A program made the translations under genes and the position numbers. Below the pieces are notes generated by a model, which saw only the letters and a program-made list of their open reading frames with translations, ran no database searches and was not told where the DNA came from. Of a stretch of DNA of 64,000 nt, positions 17,003 through 24,005 are shown piece by piece. Every line of letters starts with the position of its first letter. The stretch's first letter is position 1. The stretch spans positions 626 through 64,625 of the forward strand of contig JAFTXM010000113.1 in assembly GCA_017465025.1 (NCBI GenBank), read 5' to 3'. This DNA comes from Oscillospiraceae bacterium (GTDB lineage Bacteria; Bacillota; Clostridia; Oscillospirales; Oscillospiraceae).

Positions 17003-17228
17003 CGGTGTGACGATGGTTTAGACGGTACCAAAAATACCGTCACTATCGTCACCACCGTCACGGTGGGCGGCAGTGTGGCAATACACGCTGTCGTCCACTG
17101 TGAGGCTTCCGCAGAAGCCGCATACTGCCTCGCAGAGCGCATGGTGCTTTTGATGGCTCCGCTGTCAAAAGTGCTTTTGCGTTACTTTTGCCAAAAGTAA
17201 CAAAAGGCTTTTTACAAGGAGGAATTGA

Positions 17229-18353
17229 TTGAAAAGAACGATAAGCGCAATGTCCGGACCGGGAGTAATAGCCCACAACAGAAGAACATATACCGCAGCC
17301 AATGTTGACCGGGAACGTACAAAGGACAACATTGAGTACTGCTGCCAAGATATAAAGGATGTGTACCATGAGCTCTTTGATGAGGCTTTGGAAGAATACA
17401 ACGCCAAGCAAACCCGCAAGGATAGGATGATAGAAGACTACTACGAGAAGATACGCTCAGGGAAACAGGAGAAGCCCTTTTATGAGGTCATCTTCCAGAT
17501 AGGCAACAAGGACGATATGGCGGTAGGGACTCCCGAAGGAGACAAGGCTAAGGAAATTCTTCACCAGTTCATGCTGGGCTTTGAGGGAAGAAATCCACAG
17601 CTGAGAGTATTTTCCGCACACCTACATATGGACGAGGCAACACCTCATTTGCACATAGACTTTGTGCCCTTTATCACCAGCAGCAAGCGGGGCCTGTCAA
17701 CCAGAGTATCGCTGAAAAAGGCTCTTGAAGCGCAGGGCTTCAAAGGTGAGGGCAAGACCAGCAACGAGCGCATTCTCTGGATAGAGTCCGAGAAAGAAGC
17801 ACTGGCCGAGATAATGCACAGGCACGGTATAAAGTGGGAACAGAAAGGTACACACCTTGAGCATCTGGATGTGCTGAACTTCAAGAAAGAGCAGCGGGCC
17901 AGGGAGGTGGCCGAGCTTGAACATCGACTTGAGCAGCTGACGCCGGAGGTAGAAAATGCGGAGTATCTGGCTGAGGAGTATTCTAAATCTCCGGAAGAAA
18001 TACTCCCGGAAGCTGCACCGTTTGAGACGGCGAAGAGCTACCGGGAGAAAAAAGCTAAGCCTATAATTGAAAAGATGTCCAAAGTTATAATGTCAATATA
18101 CTCAGCCTACGTGAAGCTAAAGTGGAACTACGAAAGTATAGAAAGTATGTACCATCAGGAGAAGAAAAAAAATAACTTTCTGGAGTCATTGCTTAACTCT
18201 GCTTCAAAAGAGATGCGCTCCCTCAAGGCCAAGGCAAAAGACCTTGAGCGTGTGAAGAAATATTTCGGAAAAAGTAAAATAGACGAGGCTATAGAAGCCG
18301 TAAAACAGCAGGAGCGAACAAACAGCACAAGGGAAAAACTTTTTTCACGGTGA
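17229..18353 (+). CDS. mob: MobV-family relaxase (plasmid recombination enzyme Pre/Mob)
   Basis: N-terminal HNRR motif and HLHMDEATPHLHIDFVP (the HxDE...PHxH motif). Coiled-coil C-terminus. TTG start after AGGAGG. Confidence 0.85.
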   Translation: MKRTISAMSGPGVIAHNRRTYTAANVDRERTKDNIEYCCQDIKDVYHELFDEALEEYNAKQTRKDRMIEDYYEKIRSGKQEKPFYEVIFQIGNKDDMAVGTPEGDKAKEILHQFMLGFEGRNPQLRVFSAHLHMDEATPHLHIDFVPFITSSKRGLSTRVSLKKALEAQGFKGEGKTSNERILWIESEKEALAEIMHRHGIKWEQKGTHLEHLDVLNFKKEQRAREVAELEHRLEQLTPEVENAEYLAEEYSKSPEEILPEAAPFETAKSYREKKAKPIIEKMSKVIMSIYSAYVKLKWNYESIESMYHQEKKKNNFLESLLNSASKEMRSLKAKAKDLERVKKYFGKSKIDEAIEAVKQQERTNSTREKLFSR

Positions 18354-18597
18354 TAAAAGTTTTTCTCATCATTTGCTATGTTAAAGAGTGTATGAGAGCA
18401 CCGGTAAGGTATGCAAAAACTTATTTCCCGAGGAAAAAAGTTTTTTCGTGATTTAACTTGTGAAATAACGTGATACATTAAATGAGTTGAATGTACCATG
18501 CACATGATAAATTCATTTCCTGAGGAAATGAATTTATGCCATACATCTTCATCATCCATTTTATTCAGCTTTTTTACAGAAAAAACCAAATTGTTCC

Positions 18598-18625
18598 TTG
18601 ACATAGAATACGATTGTAGTACAAT
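18598..18625 (+). promoter_or_regulatory. sigma-A promoter of the cargo operon
   Basis: TTGACA, 16 nt, TACAAT, about 25 nt upstream of the RHH gene's GTG start. Confidence 0.65.
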
Positions 18626-18649
18626 AAAATGTGGATAGGAGTGACCACT

Positions 18650-18853
18650 GTGCAGAAACCGAAATTGCAGATTACGCAAAAGAAATATACCGAAGAAACC
18701 GCAATTATCTCCATGCGAATGCCCAAGGACATGCTGCGCGATATTGATGCCGTCGCATCACGGACGGGTCGCACCCGCAATGAAATTCTTATGCTCAGCA
18801 TGGAGTTTGCTTTGGATAATATAGAAATCAGCGATATAGAAAACAGAGAGTGA
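18650..18853 (+). CDS. ribbon-helix-helix (CopG/Arc-type) DNA-binding protein
   Basis: AIISMRMPKDMLRDIDAVASRTGRTRNEILMLSMEFAL fits the beta-strand/helix/helix RHH pattern. The ORF opens at 18629. The GTG at 18650 sits 8 nt after GGAG and downstream of the predicted -10. Confidence 0.7.
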   Translation: MQKPKLQITQKKYTEETAIISMRMPKDMLRDIDAVASRTGRTRNEILMLSMEFALDNIEISDIENRE

Positions 18854-18862
18854 GGTGAGGGC

Positions 18863-21800
18863 ATGGCAGTAATCAAATGTAAAATGTGCGGCGGAGATAT
18901 AGAACTCTCCACCGACAAAACATTCGGCACCTGCGAATATTGCGGCAGCACGATGACCCTGCCCAGAATTGACAATGAGCAGCGGGCGGCGGCCTTCAAC
19001 CGCGGCAACCATTTCCGCCGCATCGGTGAGTTTGACAAGGCTCTCGCCGTGTACGAGCGCATCGTGGCCGAAGATGACACGGACGCCGAGGCCCACTGGT
19101 GCTGTGTTCTCTGCCGCTTTGGCATAGAGTACGTGGAAGACCCGGAGACCTATGAGTATCTCCCCACCTGCCACCGTGCCAGCTTTGACAGCGTTCTGGA
19201 GGATGTGGACTATCTTGCCGCACTGGAGCACTCTGATGGTGTAACCCGCCGCCATTACCAGCGGGACGCGGCAAAGATTGCCGAGATACAGCGCGGCATC
19301 CTTGCCACCAGCCAGAACGCAGAGCCCTATGATGTTTTCATCTCCTATAAGGAACTGGACGCAAACGGCGAGCGCACCCGTGACAGCATTTTGGCTCAGG
19401 ATATATATTATCAGCTCACAGAGCGGGGCTGGCGTGTGTTCTTCTCCCGCATATCGCTGGAGGATGTCCCCGGCACCCAGTATGAGCCTTATATATTCGC
19501 TGCCCTCAACAGCGCAAAGGTCATGGTGGTTGTAGGTACAAGCGCCGAAAATCTCAATGCGGTTTGGGTCAAAAACGAGTGGAGCCGTTATCTCAGCCTC
19601 ATGCGCAAGGACAGAAGCAAGCTCCTTTTGCCCTGTTACCGGGATATGGACCCCTACGACCTGCCCGAACAGCTTGCCGTGCTCATGAGCTATGACATGG
19701 GCAAGATAGGCTTTTTGCAGGACCTTATCCGTGGTATCGGCAAAGTTCTGTCGGCGGACAAACCCAAAGAGCCTGAACGCGAGAACATCAAGGAAACCGT
19801 TGTTGTCCAGCATGCCTCCAACACCAATATCTCCGCCCTCTTAAAGCGCGGCGCAATGGCCCTTGAGGATGGGGACTGGGAAAAGGCCGACGGCTTTTTC
19901 GAGGAAGTGCTCAACCACGACGCTGAGTGCGTGGGCGCATACATAGGCAAGACCCTTTATGAGACAAAGAGCCATAGCCTTGACGAGTTTGTAAAGAAGC
20001 TTCTTGAGAAGCACAGACAGGACAGCTTTAAAACTCTGTATATTGAAAAAGACGCAGAGCATATAAATGCCTCTGTAAAGAAATTTGCTCTCCCCGGCTA
20101 CCTGAAAACCGAGGAGATACTCCCACTATATGACTATAAGCTCCAGTACAGCAGCAGGGTGGACAGCCGCCTGCTGCAAAAGGAGCAGACCCTCAAGGAC
20201 TGGGATAGCTACAAATGGCTTGCCCGTGCCCAGCGCTTTGACCCCGAGGAAAAAGACCCCTCCCTTACCCGGGCCAAAAGAGAGCTTAATAATCAGCTTG
20301 AGCGCAGGATAAAGGAAGCCCAGCGGGAAGAAGAGGAAGAAAAGAAAAAGCTTGAAGCCGCCTATGCCGCCCACCTTGCCAAGGCGGATGAAAAGGCAAA
20401 AGCTGCCTACGACAATGCTGCCAAGCGCCGTGAGGCGGATTACCAGAGCTATCTGAAATCTGCAAAATACGAAAACGACATCGCCAAGCTCCACAACACC
20501 GCCAAGCTCTTTGAGGCCCTGAACGGATACAAGGACAGTGCAGCACAGGCTGAAGGCTGCCGCAGCAAAGCGGCGGAGATAAAGCGCCGTCAGGAGCTTG
20601 AGGCAGCACGCCTGAAAGCCGAGCGCGCCGAGAGAACCAAGAAAGCCGCCATCATCATAGGCACGGTGGCAGCTCTCGCCGCCGCAGTGATTCTCGTAAT
20701 AACCACTGTTATCCCCGCAATGAAATATTCCTCCGCACAGGAAGCTCTTGAGGCCGGAAACTATGACGAGGCCATCGCCGCCTTTACCGCCCTTGATGAC
20801 TATAAGGACAGCGCACAGCAGGCGGAGCATGCCAACAACCTGAAAATTGCGGAGCTTGAGCGTATAGCAGCGGAAAAAGCAGCAGAAGCCGCCCGCCTTG
20901 AGGCGGAAAGACAGGCCGCCATAGAGGCGGAAGAAAAAGCCCGTCAGGAGGCCGAAGCAGCCCGCCTTGAGGCCGAAGCCGCCGCAGAGCAGGCCCGTCT
21001 TGAGGCTGAGGAAGCCGCAGAGCAGGCCCGTCTTGAAGCTGAGGCTGCTGCCGAGGCAGCACGCCTTGAAGCCGAAGCAGAAGCAGAGCGCGCCCGTATA
21101 GCCGCGGAAGAAGCTGCAGAGAAAGCCCGCATAGAGGCCGAAGAAGCGGCCAGACTTCTCTACGAAAGCTCCCTTGAAGGCAGGTACGAAGCTGCCATGG
21201 AGTTGATGGAAGAAGGAAAACTCCCTCAGGCCGCCGTGGCCTTTGGCCAGATTGCAGACTATAAGGATGCCAAGGCACTTAGTCTTGCTCTCTGGGATGA
21301 AATAGACCTCGGTGATACCATATCCGCCGGTAACGGGCACACGGTGTGCCTCATGTCCGACGGCAGCGTTAAAACCGTTGGACGATACGGCAACATAGGC
21401 GGCAACGGATATATTTCTGTCAGCGCCGGGCATTACTCAACATCTGCGACTAAGGCCGACGGTTCGGTGTACACTGTTAGATTTGACACCGCCGTCAGTC
21501 ACCAAGTAGAGAGCACCACAGCGCCTGCGGAAAATCTTCCGACGGATATTGTTGCTGAAAGCGGCGGGTATGGTCTGAGATTTGACGGTACAATAGTAGG
21601 CAATCACTATGAAACCGATTTTTATGGTGATGTAAGTGGCTGGACAGATATAATTGCAATAGAAGCCACAAATAATCATGTTGTTGCTCTCAGAACTGAC
21701 GGTACTGTAGTAGCCTCAGGAACAAGCGAGGACGGCCAGTGCGATGTAGGCGAATGGACAGATATTGTGGCTATCAGTGCAAGTGCTTCTCACACTCTTG

Positions 21801-23938
21801 GACTGAAAGCCGATGGTACAGTCGTAGCCACCGGCAGAAACAATTGCGGTCAGTGCAATGTGGGTGAATGGACAGGCATTGTAGCCATCAGCGCCGGCAA
21901 TGAACACAGCGTGGGTCTCAAGGCCGACGGCACAGCCGTGGCCGTGGGCGACAATTTCCGCGGACAGTGCGATGTGAGCGAGTGGACAAATATCGCCATG
22001 CCGGGCAGTCTGGACTATGGCAGACTGTACCGCAAGGCCGAAGCCCAGCTTGCACGGGGCAACAAGGGCGCGGCGGCCATCAGCTTCTACAAGGCCGGAA
22101 AATTTGCGGACGCCAGAGAGCGCAGCATGGCCCTCTGGGATGAAGTTGCCGTAAGAGACACCATCTCCGCAGGAAGGGACTTTGCTCTTGGGCTGACTGC
22201 TGGGGGCAAAGTGTGCGCTACTGAGATTTATGCTGAGCCTAATTATCACACCTCATTTGGCAATTCCCAATTAAATAATTGGAGAGATTTAAGTGCTGTC
22301 AGTGCAGGTTATGCGTATACCCTTGGCCTTAAGTCAAACGGCGAAGTTTTGATGGGGATATATGATCCCAGATATGACAAAGATAATCGGAATTTGGCTG
22401 AAGATTGGACGGATATAGTTGCGGTCAGCTCCGGGCATAGCCATGCTGTGGGCCTGCGCGCAGACGGTACTGTATTATCAACAGGCTTTATCGCAAGTGA
22501 TGTCGGTGCATGGACAGATATAGTGTCCGTCTCCGCGGGGTATATGTTCACTGTCGGTTTGCGTACCGACGGCACAGTGCTGGCAGATGGAACCAATACA
22601 TATAATCAATGCAATGTGTCCGACTGGACGGATATCGTAGCCATCAGTGCAGGAAATAATCACACAGTTGGCCTTAAATCCGACGGCACTGTGGTGGCTA
22701 CGGGACACAATGGCAACGGCCAGTGCGATGTTGGTGAGTGGACGGATATCGTGGCCATCAGTGCAGGTGTAGACCACACTGTGGGTCTTAAAGCTGACGG
22801 TACAGTGGTGGCAGTGGGCGATGATTTCTGCGGTCAGTGTGATGTGAGCAGCTGGAGGAATGTTGTTGCGGTCTCTGCTGCAAGTACATACACAATAGCC
22901 CAATGCACAGACGGCGGTATGCTCATCACCGGTGACAACAATTCACGCAGCGAGAGCCTGAGCGCGGTCAAGGACTGGACAGATATAAAGCTCCCCACAT
23001 ATATGCTTTTTTCTCTCGACAGAGGCCTCGTTGCCAATATCGCCATGACCTTATTCAAATCTGGGGATGTCAAGGGCAGCATGAAGCTGTGGGATGAGCT
23101 CGTGGCAAGGAATTCCGTCGCTGCCAAAGCTTGGGGTACTGTCACAGTGAAAGTAGACGGTACTGTTGCACAAACAATTGATATTGATTATTCAGGATTT
23201 CAAAAATATGGATATTGGGTCCCCCCAAAAGATTTGGGTGTGAGCAGCTGGAGAAATATCATCGAGATAAGCGCAGGTGACAATCATATTGTTGGCCTCA
23301 AATCCGATGGTACTGTGTTGGTAGCCAGACCAGACAACTCCTATGAATTTCCTTATTACAGCCAAAGAGATGTAGGCAACTGGAGAGACCTCGTGTCCGT
23401 CAGTGCCGGAGATATTCATACACTTGGATTGAAGGCAGATGGCACGGTGGTAGCCGTAGGTCAGAATGTAGATGGCCGCTGTGATGTGAGCGAATGGACA
23501 GATATCGTGGCCATCAGCGCAGGCAATTCACACAGTGTAGGCCTAAGGTCCGACGGCACCGTGGTAGCGGTTGGCGGTGAAAGATACGGTCAGTGCGATG
23601 TGAGCGACTGGACAGACATCGTTGCTGTCAGTGCAGGTGGTACTCATACGGCAGGACTCAAAGCCGACGGCACAGTAGTGGCTGTTGGCAGCAATATATA
23701 CGGTCAATGCAATGTAGGAGACTGGACAGACATTGTGGCCATCAGCGCCGGAGTATCTTACACCGTCGGCATGAAAGCTGACGGCACATTGGTGGTCGTT
23801 GGCGGTGGCAGGCGCGGAGAGGGTGACATCTCCGAATGGACAGATATTGTGACACTCAGCTCTAAAGACTGTATAGGCTTGAAAGCTGACGGTACTGTAG
23901 TGACCGTGAATATAACCAAGCCAATTAACGGAAGATGA
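18863..23938 (+). CDS. 1691-aa protein: zinc ribbon, TIR domain, TPR/coiled coil, single TM helix, Ala/Glu-rich stalk, then three RCC1-like beta-propeller modules
   Basis: CKMCGG..CEYCGS ribbon. TIR from about aa 154 to 292 (YDVFISYKE...AVWVKNEWSR). TM at aa 595-619 (AAIIIGTVAALAAAVILVITTVIPA), preceded by RAERTKK. About 20 blades of the form IVAISAGxxHTVGLKADGTVVAxG. Confidence 0.9.
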   Translation: MAVIKCKMCGGDIELSTDKTFGTCEYCGSTMTLPRIDNEQRAAAFNRGNHFRRIGEFDKALAVYERIVAEDDTDAEAHWCCVLCRFGIEYVEDPETYEYLPTCHRASFDSVLEDVDYLAALEHSDGVTRRHYQRDAAKIAEIQRGILATSQNAEPYDVFISYKELDANGERTRDSILAQDIYYQLTERGWRVFFSRISLEDVPGTQYEPYIFAALNSAKVMVVVGTSAENLNAVWVKNEWSRYLSLMRKDRSKLLLPCYRDMDPYDLPEQLAVLMSYDMGKIGFLQDLIRGIGKVLSADKPKEPERENIKETVVVQHASNTNISALLKRGAMALEDGDWEKADGFFEEVLNHDAECVGAYIGKTLYETKSHSLDEFVKKLLEKHRQDSFKTLYIEKDAEHINASVKKFALPGYLKTEEILPLYDYKLQYSSRVDSRLLQKEQTLKDWDSYKWLARAQRFDPEEKDPSLTRAKRELNNQLERRIKEAQREEEEEKKKLEAAYAAHLAKADEKAKAAYDNAAKRREADYQSYLKSAKYENDIAKLHNTAKLFEALNGYKDSAAQAEGCRSKAAEIKRRQELEAARLKAERAERTKKAAIIIGTVAALAAAVILVITTVIPAMKYSSAQEALEAGNYDEAIAAFTALDDYKDSAQQAEHANNLKIAELERIAAEKAAEAARLEAERQAAIEAEEKARQEAEAARLEAEAAAEQARLEAEEAAEQARLEAEAAAEAARLEAEAEAERARIAAEEAAEKARIEAEEAARLLYESSLEGRYEAAMELMEEGKLPQAAVAFGQIADYKDAKALSLALWDEIDLGDTISAGNGHTVCLMSDGSVKTVGRYGNIGGNGYISVSAGHYSTSATKADGSVYTVRFDTAVSHQVESTTAPAENLPTDIVAESGGYGLRFDGTIVGNHYETDFYGDVSGWTDIIAIEATNNHVVALRTDGTVVASGTSEDGQCDVGEWTDIVAISASASHTLGLKADGTVVATGRNNCGQCNVGEWTGIVAISAGNEHSVGLKADGTAVAVGDNFRGQCDVSEWTNIAMPGSLDYGRLYRKAEAQLARGNKGAAAISFYKAGKFADARERSMALWDEVAVRDTISAGRDFALGLTAGGKVCATEIYAEPNYHTSFGNSQLNNWRDLSAVSAGYAYTLGLKSNGEVLMGIYDPRYDKDNRNLAEDWTDIVAVSSGHSHAVGLRADGTVLSTGFIASDVGAWTDIVSVSAGYMFTVGLRTDGTVLADGTNTYNQCNVSDWTDIVAISAGNNHTVGLKSDGTVVATGHNGNGQCDVGEWTDIVAISAGVDHTVGLKADGTVVAVGDDFCGQCDVSSWRNVVAVSAASTYTIAQCTDGGMLITGDNNSRSESLSAVKDWTDIKLPTYMLFSLDRGLVANIAMTLFKSGDVKGSMKLWDELVARNSVAAKAWGTVTVKVDGTVAQTIDIDYSGFQKYGYWVPPKDLGVSSWRNIIEISAGDNHIVGLKSDGTVLVARPDNSYEFPYYSQRDVGNWRDLVSVSAGDIHTLGLKADGTVVAVGQNVDGRCDVSEWTDIVAISAGNSHSVGLRSDGTVVAVGGERYGQCDVSDWTDIVAVSAGGTHTAGLKADGTVVAVGSNIYGQCNVGDWTDIVAISAGVSYTVGMKADGTLVVVGGGRRGEGDISEWTDIVTLSSKDCIGLKADGTVVTVNITKPINGR
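20891..21157 (+). repeat. tandem 33-nt (11-aa, ARLEAEAAAEQ-like) coding repeat, about 6-8 units
   Basis: Units start at 20960, 20993, 21026, 21059, 21092 and 21125 (GCCCGYCTTGARGCYGAR...). Confidence 0.8.
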
Positions 23939-24005
23939 CTTGACCAATATTTGTGTACCCAATACATAAACAACTAAGAATAAACCATAAACGAGGGGAT
24001 AAGCC

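Noticed and set aside
18758-21433. Long minus-strand ORFs (18758-19813, 351 aa; 20126-21433, 435 aa; and smaller ones up to 24317) overlapping the TIR/RCC1 genes.
   Set aside because: They are antisense shadows of the two large plus-strand genes. They have repetitive, low-complexity translations and no SD or start context. The plus-strand frames carry coherent domain architectures.
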